DNA from: Octopus sinensis
Lineage: Eukaryota
Length of the DNA: 64,000 nt
NCBI RefSeq assembly: GCF_006345805.1
Contig: NC_043018.1
Location: forward strand, 1,860,001-1,924,000
Direction: 5' to 3'
Position 1 is the first letter of the stretch; each line of letters opens with the position of its first letter. The notes beneath the pieces were generated by a model. The model made no database searches and was not told where the DNA came from. It saw nothing but the letters and a program-made list of their open reading frames with translations. Both the position numbers and the translations under genes were made by a program. Of the stretch, positions 52,001-64,000 are shown one piece after another.

Positions 52001-53281
52001 TTTTTTCTTTTGAACAAATTAATTATATCTATATTGTATAAAGGGCATTATTACACATAAATGCCTCACACTAGGAGGGACAAAGTCATTACTACCAAAA
52101 ATTATACTAATCATACCCAATATGCAGTTTTTCAAAGCAAGACATTTAAAAATGAATTATGTTCTGTATCACCGTGATTTCACATACAACCTTGCGTCTA
52201 ATGATCCTCAGCAGAACTGATTCTGAATACATCATAAATAAACCAACCTTATGTAGCGAAGACGAACAGACAACTGTTCACTCCGGCAAGCACATGGAAT
52301 GTTTATAAATCATATATCCGGTAAATGGCGGGCTTTTTACGAACTGCATGTCGGGTAATGAAAAGTATTTCGGAATAAGTTTAACAATTAAGGATAATCT
52401 CTTAATAAGGGATCTTAACAAGAAATTATCGGGTAGCTAGCGTGAAAACCTCATAAAAGAAAAGAATCCGAAAATATTTTTTTCTTTTGAACAAATTAAT
52501 TATATCTATATTGTATAAAGGCATTATTACACATAAATGCCTCACACTAGGAGGGACAAAGTCATTACTACCAAAAATTATACTAATCATACCCAAATGC
52601 AGTTTTTCAAAGCAAGACATTTAAAAATGAATTATGTTCTGTATCACCGTGATTTCACATACAACTTGCGTCTAATGATCCTCAGCAGAACTGATTCTGA
52701 ATACATCATAAATAAACCAACCTTATGTAGCGAAGACGAACAGACAACTGTTCACTCCGGCCAAGCACATGGAATGTTTATAAATCATATATCCGGTAAA
52801 TGGCGGGCTTTTTACGAACTGCATGTCGGGTAATGAAAAGTATTTCGGAATAAGTTTAACAATTAAGGATAATCTCTTAATAAGGGATCTTAACAAGAAA
52901 TTATCGGGTAGCTAGCGTGAAAACCTCATAAAAGAAAAGAATCCGAAAATAATTTTTTCTTTTGAACAAATTAATTATATCTATATTGTATAAAGGGCAT
53001 TATTACACATAAATGCCTCACACTAGGAGGGACAAAGTCATTACTACCAAAAATTATACTAATCATACCCAAATGCAGTTTTTCAAAGCAAGACATTTAA
53101 AAATGAATTATGTTCTGTATCACCGTGATTTCACATACAACTTGCGTCTAATGATCCTCAGCAGAACTGATTCTGAATACATCATAAATAAACCAACCTT
53201 ATGTAGCGAAGACGAACAGACAACTGTTCACTCCGGCCAAGCACATGAATGTTTATAAATCATATATCCGGTAAATGGCGG
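49058..53281 (+). repeat. Tandem array of a ~474-bp unit, ~8.9 copies, bounded by TA-rich repeats
   Basis: ttaaca(a)ttaaggataatctc recurs near 49059, 49531, 50006, 50485, 50959, 51437, 51905, 52381, 52856; copies differ mostly by 1-nt indels; last copy ends at gtaaatggcgg. Confidence 0.97.
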
Positions 53282-53477
53282 ATATATTATAATATATATA
53301 ATATATATAATATGGTTTATATATATAATTATATATATAATATAGGAGACAGATTGATAGAGAGATAGAGAAACAGTGATAACATACATATACAGATACA
53401 TAGACAGGTAGATGGAAGATAACACCAATATGTAATCGTGTTATATATATATATAATATATATATATTATATGGTTG

Positions 53478-53521
<44 letters not shown>

Positions 53522-53782
53522 TGGTTGACATACATGCATATAATATATATATATATTATATGTATGTATGCGTGTATGTATGTATGTATATATATATTTG
53601 TGTATATATATATGTAGGTATGTATGTAAGTATGTGCATCATACATTGAATTATGTAAATTATATGAGTATATATATGTGTGTGTGTGTGTGTACTTATA
53701 AGGACGTGTTTAAGTAGTGCATAATTGTGCGTCTGCGAATGGGCGTTTGCTGTAAATTATATTTGTGTTTCTCTATATACGA

Positions 53783-53828
<46 letters not shown>

Positions 53829-54210
53829 CGTGTGATAGGACTTGTCTATTTGCTTCTACGATAATTGAATCTTTACTTAGGACATGAAAAACTTCGGAAT
53901 ACCTTGAGTTAACTAATGAACGTACGTGCTTCACACCGCACAGTCCTACATTTACATTTACACAAAGGATCTAACATCGATGGACAATATACACACACAA
54001 GACTAAATCTTACTTTCCATGCAAGCCCTTGTAAAATATGTCACAATTTCACAATCATACACACCTGTAAATCGAACGCATACGGTTACACACATACATA
54101 CTTATACACACATAGACGAGCATATATACTTACACACAGACAAATCATGGAACATGCATCTCCGCATACTAGCTCGTACATACATACATATATATATATA
54201 CATATATATA

Positions 54211-54247
<37 letters not shown>

Positions 54248-54552
54248 CTTTATATGCATATATACGTAAGCATGCATGTGTGTGCGATTATATATATAAC
54301 TTGCCTAAATGAGTTAGACTTCTATAAAAAGCTTGCGAAAGTTGAAGACCCACGAACCGGAAGACAACTGTTTTAATACACACACACACAAACACACACA
54401 CACACACACATACATGCATTTACATATTGTGTATGTCTGTGCGTGTGTGAATACATATGTATATGTGTACATGTGTGTTTGTATATACAATTTCATATGC
54501 AAATAGATATACATATATACATACATACATATACATATACATATTAATATAC

Positions 54553-54584
<32 letters not shown>

Positions 54585-54597
54585 ACAATCTTGTATT

Positions 54598-54830
54598 TTT
54601 TCATTCTTTTACATGTTTCAGTCATTTGATTGCGGCCATGCTGGAGCACCACATTGACAGGTTTTAATCGAACAAATCGATCCCGGGACTTATTTTTTAA
54701 AGGCTAGTACTTATTCCATCCGTTCTTATGCCGCACCGCTGAGTTGCTAGGATGTAAACACACCAACACCGGTTGTCAAGTAGGGATAGGAGGACAAACA
54801 CTGACACAAAGAATCACACACACACCCGCA
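54598..54830 (-). mobile_element. Family B SINE 3' part
   Basis: tttcagtcatttgattgcggccatgctggagcacc...caccaacaccggttgtcaag. Confidence 0.8.
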
Positions 54831-55078
54831 CGAACATATATATAGATATATATATATATATATATATATACTATATATATATTTATATTGCGATATATTT
54901 TACAAGGGCTTGCATGGAAGGGAAATAAAAACTATTGAAAAGGTTGCAACGAAAATTTTAAAAGAATAAAGAAGGAAAGTAGTGGAAATTTTTTTCAACG
55001 GTGAGTGTTTTTTATAAAGCACTAAAAGAGAAGGACTCTTCCTAGACACAACAGTTTGATTATATATATATATATATA

Positions 55079-55470
55079 AACTGTTCTACCTGGGAAGAGT
55101 TCTGTGTCTAGTACTGGTAGTCTATGGTTGGGGTGTTTAGTGGGGTAGTCTATTGTGACCTTAATACTCTGGTGGATGGAGTTAGCTATTTGCTGGATGC
55201 TCTCCATAGTATTAGTTTCTATTACTATATCAACAGTACTCTCTTGTGGGGGTGCCTTTACCACTATGTTGATATCATCAACATAGCGAGAGCACATGTT
55301 TACGAGTATGGAGTTCTGTGTTAGGCGTTCTTTAAGCCTTCTGTCCCACCATACCATGAAAAGGTTGGCCACATAACCAGCGATACTAACGCCGATGGCT
55401 GCCCCCTCGTCCTGGGCATATATTTTATTGTTAAACTTGTGGCCTTTTAGTGTAACTCTTATACTAGCTC
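55079..55470 (-). pseudogene. Penelope-like RT palm fragment (second PLE copy)
   Basis: HKFNNKIYAQDEGAAIGVSIAGYVANLFMVWWDRRLKERL...CSRYVDDINIV...QSIKVTIDYPTKHPNHRLPVLD: PLE RT motifs including YVDD. Confidence 0.8.
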
Positions 55471-55487
55471 CTGGTGCATATATACAA

Positions 55488-55730
55488 TGGAGGCATATAG
55501 CCTAGTGGTTAGAGCAGTGGACTCGCGGTCGAGGGATCGCGGATTCGAATCTCAGACCGGGAGATGTGTGTTTATGAGCGAAACACCTACGCCCACGCGG
55601 CTCTGGCAGGAGGTACAGGCAAACATCTGCTGACTCTTTCGCCACAACTTTCTCTCACTCTTTCCTCCTGCATCTTGCAGCTCACCTGCGGCGGACCGGC
55701 GTGGCTCGAGAAGGAAAAAACAACAATGTA
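55488..55730 (+). mobile_element. Family C-related SINE with a different 3' end
   Basis: ggaggcatatagcctagtggttagagcagtggactcgcggtcgagggatcgcggattcgaatctcagaccggg. Confidence 0.8.
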
Positions 55731-55897
55731 TATATACAAGACACTGCTTCTTCCGGTTTCGATATACCCACACAGGGCACCCGAAATCCACTCACAAGAC
55801 GCTCGCTCAAGATATACCACGCAGTGGGACCGAACCCGGAACCATGTGGTGGAGAAGCAAACTTCTTACCAAATACATATAGATATATTACGTGTAT

Positions 55898-55932
<35 letters not shown>

Positions 55933-56736
55933 CATACACGTATATGTATGTGTTTCGTTGGGTTTTTTCCCTGTGTTTCCCGATTAACTCAGAAATTAAT
56001 GTCTTTCCAACTGTCTCAATTCCCATCCTAGTATCTTAAAGTTTATGTAAGCAAACATCAAATATACAGGGTAGAAAAAAAATACAATGATGAGGTGGTC
56101 GCAAGTGGAACGTCTTTGACTATATATATCTTGTATATCATACTATGCATTTCAACCCACTGAAAAAAAACAACGAATTCGGTTCGTCTGTTTCAAACCG
56201 TTGTACATTCTCCCTAGAATTGTCTGTTTATGTAGGCCTCTTCCAGTTGATAGTGGAGGCAGTGATGATGACGGCGGCAGTGACGGCTGTGTCGATGGTG
56301 GTTTGGTGACGGCCATGGTGATAGAAGTGGGAAGAGTTATAATGAAGATGAGGATGATGGTGGTTGTGTGATGGCGATAGCGATGGAGTCGATGGTGGAG
56401 GTGATATTGGTGGTGGCAACTGCAGTGCTGTCACTGCTGGTGGTGGTGGTGGTGGTGGTGGTGGTGGCGATCATGGTGGTTAAATCATATGCGGTAGTGT
56501 TATCGATTGAAGTTGTTTGAGATTTTGCTATTGTGCTGGTGGCGGTGGAAATGGCTTGACCACTGCCGATAGGGATGCTGGCGATGGACGTGTTAGTTAA
56601 AGTTGTGGTTGCTGTAGCAGTGACTGTAGAGTTAGTTGGGCTATTTAGCCCAAGGCCATGCCTGTGATGTCCATCGAAAGTCAAAACTGTTCCAACGGTG
56701 ATAATTTCCTTTATTCAGACATCAACTTTCTAACTT

Positions 56737-57100
56737 TTCTTTCCTCCTCTAGGCACAAGGTCGAAATTTTGGAGGAGGGGGGCAGTTGATTAGATCGACC
56801 CAAGTGCGTAACTGGTACTTAATTTATCGACACCGAAAGGATGAAAGGCAAAGTCGACCTCGGCGGAATTTGAACTCAGAACATAAAGACAGACGAAATA
56901 CCTATTTCTTTATTACCCACAAGGGGCTAAACACAGAGGGGACAAACAAGGACATACATAGGTATTAAGTCGATTACATCGACCCCTGTGCGTAACTGGT
57001 ACTTAATTTATAGACCCTGAAAGGATGAAAGGCAAAGTCGACCTCGGCGGAGTTTGAACTCAGAACGTAACGGCTAACCTTCCTGCCAGATCGCCACCAT
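56737..57100 (-). mobile_element. Two adjacent or nested family A SINE subtypes with different tails
   Basis: gaaaggatgaaaggcaaagtcgacctcggcgga occurs twice (~56836 and ~57018), with tails ctaggcacaagg and cccacaaggggctaaac. Confidence 0.85.
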
Positions 57101-57254
57101 ACTCGACTAACATTAATTCATTCAATCTAAAGATCGCATAAAATTCATTTTACAAGTTAGGTAGTGTTATAAGAGAGAGAGACGCAGGCGTGGCTGTGTG
57201 GTAAGAATATGTAGCCGGAAACTGAAAGAAGCCCGTCGTGTGTGTGTATGTGTA

Positions 57255-58230
57255 TATATATATATTCTCTTGAGGAATTTCTTGCCATGTTTCGTGCAGT
57301 AATCTCAAAAGATCTGGCTTTGAAGATGCTTTCGTGTTGTTTTTATGAAGTGCCCTGTCCATTATGCCCCAGAGGTTTTCAATAGGGTTCATATCAGGTG
57401 ATTTGCTCGGCTATGGAAGCTTTTTAATGCCATTCTCATCCAACAAATCTTGGGTCAGTTTAAGACAAGGAGTCCTAGCTTCCATAAATTAAGAGTCTTC
57501 TTTAATCATTTCACCACTGGAGAAGATTGGAAGGAGTCCTTTCTGCAATATGGACATATATTTATTTGAGTTTATGTTTCCCTCACACTCCGCCAGCTCT
57601 GATCAACCATTGCTCCAAATTTCCTCCCAGACCATTACAGAATAGCTGCCATGTTTCATTGTTGGAAGCAATCTTTCATATCAAATCCTTGATCACAGAG
57701 TTTCCAGACCCACATTCGACCACTGTCAGGAATTACAGCAAATCTAGACTAACCAGAGAATATGACAGTAACCCAAAATGCTAGTGGCCAATCCACAATC
57801 TCACTGACCCAATCTTTTCTCCGCTTGATGTTGACTGGTCGAAGAAGCGGCTTCCTTCTTGCTGCTCTGCCATAGTAAACCAAGTTTGTGTTGAGATACC
57901 TGACAGCTGTTCTGGGACTGACATCAACTTGTTCTGCTATGTCAGAGGCCTTGCATTGAGGATTATACTCTACACTACTGTTAGCAAATAGAAGGGTCTT
58001 GTCAGGGGGACCTGGTTGATCTGGGCGAGGTGATGTTGACTCCTGCTCTCTGGTGAATTTCTCAATCACTCTATTAACAGTAGAAAGCGGGAGCCCAAGG
58101 TTTTTCTGCGATTTCACAATATGTCCATCTTCAGAACGACCCACAATATGGCTTCTTTGAAATTCAGAGATTACCAAGGCTTCTTTTGTACATGGCATGA
58201 TTAAACAGTCACATATACAACAAATGTGAA
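57255..58230 (-). mobile_element. Decayed Tc1-family DNA transposon
   Basis: N-terminal HTH region and GRAARRKPLL...RRKDW...TVIFS; middle PTMKHGS.SVMVW; C-terminal *PSKSPDMNPIENLWG (WPxxSPDLNPIE motif); several stops and frameshifts; TIRs not found. Confidence 0.88.
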
Positions 58231-58627
58231 TTATATTTACAAGTTAGAAAGCACACAAAACGACATTTTATGTGGTGTCTATTTACTTATGAAGTGTCAA
58301 TATATATATATATATGTGTATGTGTGTGTGTGTCTGTGTGTCTGTGTTTTTGTGTGTGTGTGTGTGCGTGTATGTGTGTGTATGTATGTATATATATATA
58401 TATATACATTTATATACATATACGTACATATATACATTACTAACGTTTCTATATAACATAACTATATAGTTATTTCGATGTATATGTAAACTTGTATATA
58501 TACATATCTATGAATACACATATATTCATATAGTCATGACTATATATGAAAGAATGTAATGCGCGCTTGATGGAAGTCGTTGGATTTGTGCGAGAGTGGC
58601 AAAATATCGATCTATCTATTGTATATC

Positions 58628-58670
<43 letters not shown>

Positions 58671-58672
58671 CG

Positions 58673-58706
<34 letters not shown>

Positions 58707-58800
58707 TTCTAGATGTTATATATAATGTATATAATATACAAGGTGTACGTGTGAATATAAATATACAGATATATAATATTATATATGTATATATTATATA

Positions 58801-58841
<41 letters not shown>

Positions 58842-58857
58842 CTCTACATGTGTGTGT

Positions 58858-59066
58858 CAGTGTGTCTGAGTTCATGCAATGTGTGGATGTGGTTCATGTG
58901 TATCCATTTATTATATATTGTTGAAATAATTACCTGCATTGTCTTCTAATGGGTTTACACGTCAAATTTTCAGCAAACACATGCAAAAGAAACTATTTAT
59001 CGTATGTTTGCGCTGGCAAACTTCTTCTCCTGCATCTATGTGGAAAGTGTACTTCTAAAGAACACA

Positions 59067-59101
<35 letters not shown>

Positions 59102-59401
59102 ATATATATGTATATTCAAAGTCAAATGCACGCGCGCACATAAGTACATGTGTGTGTATATATTTAATTATACATATACATGAGCATATATATAGGTACA
59201 TATGCATGTGTTTATATATATATGTATGTACGCAAATATACCTGTATGTATCTATACATATATATAAACATATACATATATATACATATATGTATATCAT
59301 ATATATGAATATATATACATATATATATATTATATATATATATATACATATACATATATACATACATATACATATATACATACATATACATATATATATA
59401 T

Positions 59402-59444
<43 letters not shown>

Positions 59445-60110
59445 GGTTACGTGTGATATAATATACAGATATATATTATATATATATGTATATAGATACA
59501 TATATATAGATATAATATATATATATATATATTATATATTATACACTCGTAAGTGTGTTTCAGTGTGTCTGAGTTCATGCAATGTGTGGATGGGTTCATG
59601 TGTATCCATTTGATATATATTGTTGAAATAATTACCTGCATGTCTTTCTAAGGGGTACACGTCAAATTTTCAGCAAACACATGCAAAAGAAACTAGTATC
59701 GATATGTTTGCCGCTGGCAAACTTCTTCTCCTGCATCTATGTGGAAAGTGTACTTCTAAAGAACACAATTTAATATATATATATATATATATATAATATA
59801 TATATTAGTATAATTCAAAGTCAACATGCACGCGCGCACATAAGTACATGTGTGTGTATATTTTTAATTATACATATACATGAGCCATATATATAGGACA
59901 TATGCATGTGTTATATATATTATGTATGTACGCAAATATTTACTGTATGTATCTATACATATATATAAACAATATACCATATATATACAGATATGTATAT
60001 CAATATATGATACTATATACATATATATTATATATATATATATATATCATATACATATATAATACATATATATAAATACATAATACATATAATATATATA
60101 CACACACCAA
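58858..60110 (+). repeat. Direct tandem duplication, period ~703 bp
   Basis: cagtgtgtctgagttcatgcaatgtgtggatg at 58858 and 59561; copies differ by scattered indels. Confidence 0.88.
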
Positions 60111-60496
60111 CATAATATATATAATATATAATTATACATAGGTATACATACATGCTCTTTTGGATGTAGGAATGTACGAAAAGAACATTTATTTTTCACG
60201 TATGTCATTCGTAATGGCGTTTATTTTATTCATTTTATGCAAAGATGCAGTTTCCTTTGTCGCCACTTTGAGATTCATGTTACCCTGATGTTTCTCAATG
60301 GCAACAGGGTTGCACGTGATGATAAGTAGCATGTTTGAAAACGGACAGGTAACATGGGGCTACAGGTATCGAGAGTGCGAATATTCATTTCGGATAAATG
60401 AATAAATACGTCATAGAATGGATTCGATGTCTAAAGAGATTTCTTCCTATTTGCATAGTTCTGGGTTCCATCCAGTTGTGCTTGCTTCCCTTTAAT

Positions 60497-60501
60497 AATT
60501 G

Positions 60502-60556
<55 letters not shown>

Positions 60557-60681
60557 TATTATTATTATTATTGTTATTATTACTATCATTATTATTATTA
60601 TTATTACTATCATTATTATTATTATCATTATTATTATTATCATTATTATTATTATTGTTATTACTATTATTATTATTACTA

Positions 60682-60733
<52 letters not shown>

Positions 60734-60768
60734 TACTATTATTATTATTATTATTATTATTATTATCA

Positions 60769-60799
<31 letters not shown>

Positions 60800-60866
60800 C
60801 ATTATTGTTTTTGTTGTTGCTGTTGTTATTGTTGCTCTTGTTGTTGTTGTGGTGGTGGTGGTGGTG
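60497..60866. repeat. (ATT)n/(GTT)n/(GGT)n microsatellite
   Basis: Direct reading; the 330-aa ORF is an artefact. Confidence 0.95.
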
Positions 60867-60983
60867 TTATAATCCGATTAACAGAGTGTATGCAGTTTGA
60901 CCTGTTGTGGTTACTTAAAAATATTGAAAAAACCCAGTCAAATGTTCGAAGCCATATTGACGAGGGTTATAATGAACGTATAT

Positions 60984-60984
<1 letters not shown>

Positions 60985-61023
<39 letters not shown>

Positions 61024-61315
61024 TATGGGTGTGTGTGTGTATGTGTGTGTGTGTATGGGTGTGTGTGTGTGTGTATGGGTGTGTGTGTGTATGTATGTGT
61101 GTGTATGGGTGTGTGTGTGTGTGTATGTATGGGTGTGTATGTGTGTGTGTATGGGTGTGTGTGTATGGGTGTGTGTGTGTGTGTATGGGTGTGTGTGTCT
61201 GTGTGTTTGTGTGTGTGTATGGGTGTGTGTGTGTATGTGTGTGTGTGTCTGTGTGTGTGTGTATGGGTGTGTGTGTGTGTCTATGTGTCTATGTGTGTGT
61301 ATGTGTATGGGTGTG

Positions 61316-61352
<37 letters not shown>
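60985..61352. repeat. (GT)n/(GA)n microsatellite with gtatggg interruptions
   Basis: Direct reading. Confidence 0.95.
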
Positions 61353-61357
<5 letters not shown>

Positions 61358-61645
61358 GCAATAAGCACATTTGACACTCGGAAAGAATAGAAGAGTCTCT
61401 GAAGTTTTGAGCCTACGCTCTTCGACAGAAAGGTCTGAGAAGAAAAAAATGGAAAGAAAACCAAAGAAAAGTAAGGGAGAGGGAGAGAGAGCGAGAGAGA
61501 AAGAAAGAATCCTCCGTCTTCTTTCGTTCTCCTTCAAATTTTACCTCTCAGTCCTTTCTGTTGAAGAGCGTAGGCTCGAAATGTCAAAGACTTTTCCATT
61601 CTTCCTAAGCGTCAAACTAATACACCTGCTTGTTGTTTCTTCACC
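61353..61645. mobile_element. Self-inverted PLE-type element with two CUGUNGA-core hammerhead motifs
   Basis: ~80-bp inverted arms 61353-61433 and 61554-61640; plus strand cttt-CTGTTGA-a-gagc-gtag-gctc-GAAA-tg-TC-aaag; minus strand cttt-CTGTCGA-a-gagc-gtag-gctc-AAAA. Confidence 0.75.
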
Positions 61646-61929
61646 TTTCTTCGTCTTTTGTTTTCTGTAAATTTGAACTCTATATCACATACGTTCACGT
61701 GGTCACCGCAGTTTGATGGAACTTCCGCTTCTCTTGGGTTTCTATCCCTCCTACCTTCTCAAACCTTCGGTACATCTCCTCATCCACCTAACCATCACTC
61801 CACCCGAGTTACCATTGTATCTTTCGGACTCTGCCACCATGGATCTTACTGGCTACTTCCGTTGATGTGTGTGTGTGTGTGTGTGTGTGTCTGTGTGTGT
61901 GTCTGTGTGTTTGTGTGTGTGTGTGTGTG

Positions 61930-61980
<51 letters not shown>

Positions 61981-64000
61981 CGTAATGTTATAAAAGCCAC
62001 GACTCTTGTGAAATACAGCTACCCAAGGTTTCCTGGTAGAAATAAAAATTCATTTGGCCATTTTTTAAGCTGATAACATGACAGTTGTTTTTTAGTTGTC
62101 TTTTGAGCAGAAGATATTTAGAGAAGAAAGAGTTGATAAGGAAGAAGAAAAAAAAGAAAAACAGAGGGGAGATAATGCACACACTCATACACATAGAGGG
62201 AGCGAGAGATATGTGTACGTATGTGAATTGACAGGGAGAGATGTCTCTATGTGTGCATATGTGTGTGTGTGTGTGTGCGTATGTGGTACTAGCAGTATCG
62301 CACGGCGTTGCTCGGGTTTGTAATGGAAATAACTATATAAGCATTTTTAGAGATGTAAAGTATAATAGCCATCTCAATAAAGCTAACCACAAAGGGGGTG
62401 TTACTGTAGCTTTTTACGTTCTGAGATTTAATAATACATTTTTAGAGAGTTACTTCCCTTATATAATAGCAAAAAATGCATTAAAAATGGGAAAAAATGA
62501 TGGTAACTTATTTTTTTAAATCGTAGACTCATCGTTAAGTACAAATACGGAACAGATTTGCTAGACCCAGCTTTGTGGTGGGTAACTGTTTGAAGCCATT
62601 GAGTTCTGGCTGCAAACCTGCGATGAAACAGCTGACACACTGTAGAAAGCTTAACACAGTGGCGCGAAGATAGAAGAAGGGAAGGCTTTGCTTGTGAGGA
62701 CTTCTGTCAATATTCCAGAAAAATAACTTTCCTCATCATGCACAGAGATTAGATTTATTGTAAAATCTGGAACCTATACTAAAATAAGTATGTGTGTGTG
62801 TGTGTGCATGTGCGCGTGAATGGTTCCTAACTATCGTTGCATTTGCCCCACGGTTATAACCAGTATCTCATAATGCTATGTATTCTTGTTGTCTCTTTTT
62901 CTATTCTTGTATTCGTCTTTTAAAATATTCATTGTAAAAGAAATTTTATAACATTTGATCATGCGTATAGAAATTATCTTTTATATAGTTTCATTAATAA
63001 AATTCGCTACTGTAATATTGCTCACGTTCATTTATTCACAACTTTCTTTTATAGACACGAATTACTTTAAGAATAGACTGAATATAACATTTTCTCTCTA
63101 ACTCCATTATGTAATATCTCGATGTTATTTGCTATCTATGTATGTTATATCCTTAAAGCCTCAACCTTGCTTTTATTTAATCGTCTTTATTTATATATTT
63201 ATTTCAGTTTTATCTATCTTTTATTTTTTGTGTTGACTTTAGACTATTTTTATTTTGTTTCTCTTTTTTCTCTTTTTTTATAATTAATTATTTCAGCTCA
63301 TTTTTATTCGTTCTTACCCTCATTTACATAGATATCAATTCATATCATTCCGCTACTCAATAATAATTCTTCTCACTCATGCTGTTGTGTGTAACTGTTC
63401 ACTTGAATTCTTATAACAAATGTTATTGGAGGTGATCTTTTAAAAATTTTTGCAAGTACTCCATTACATGAAGTGGTAGTGCGGTTCACTTTATTTTATA
63501 GTCGCCTGAGGTTCGGAGGCGTGAAACTTGTATTTGTAACTTGTCTAGTTTTAATTTTAAAAAATAATAATAATTAATATAAATTCTGCTTGACGTACTG
63601 AGAAAGTTGTTTGCTTTTTAATGTTTGTACAGCTTATAAAACACGCGCGTTGACTTCATACCGCTATTTACGTTAGCTTAATCTAATGCCCACATTCCAC
63701 ACATTTCCTTACCCTCTCAAAACATGTAAGAGTCTCAATATGTGTGTTGTGTGTGTGTGTGTGTGTGTGTGTGTGCCTGTGTGTGATTGTGTGCGTGTGT
63801 GCCTGTGTTTGTCTCTGGGAGTGTGTATGTGTTCGTGTATATGTGTGTGTAGTAAGTTCTGTAATTTATCGCTTCTGGTAAATCAACAGACATATATATA
63901 TATATATATACGCATGTATACGTATATGTGTGTATATGTTTGTATATACGTATACATATATATGTATGTGCATATATATATACATACATATATATACATA

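Noticed and set aside
49058-53281. Array as CRISPR or as a tRNA/snRNA/5S cluster
   Set aside because: No repeat-spacer alternation (whole units are identical), no cas genes, and no RNA-gene motifs recognised.
62530-62720. Pseudo-coding-looking stretch (YKYGTDLLDPALWW.../EAIEFWLQTCDE)
   Set aside because: Needs a frameshift and contains stops; no family recognised.

Overview
AT-rich animal genomic DNA, most likely an octopus (inferred from the SINE families and the extreme TA/GATA/AAT/CA microsatellite load). No complete host gene can be supported, and nearly every ORF in the supplied track is a translated microsatellite. Supported content: (i) many tRNA-derived SINEs of at least four families; (ii) a 5'-truncated Penelope-like retroelement (PLE) at 24649-26738 with RT thumb, GIY-YIG endonuclease, an intact hammerhead ribozyme (HHR) in its 3' repeat and an inverted partial terminal repeat; (iii) a second PLE RT fragment, an RTE LINE 3' end, three R4/Dong-type LINE fragments beside or within AAT repeats, a decayed Tc1, and hAT, mariner and long-TIR MITEs; (iv) a ~474-bp unit repeated ~8.9 times at 49058-53281; (v) a few weak candidate exons. 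The most striking pattern is about a dozen minimal type-I HHR motifs in at least seven unrelated short non-coding elements, most with an inverted copy of their own 3' tail. They include a canonical intact HHR (4895-4937), a family with the C3-G8 core pair swapped to G3-C8, a CUGUNGA-core family, U4C variants, and a tRNA-headed SINE whose 3' end is an HHR-bearing PLE-type tail. All folds were done by eye and no database was searched, so novelty and catalytic activity are untested.
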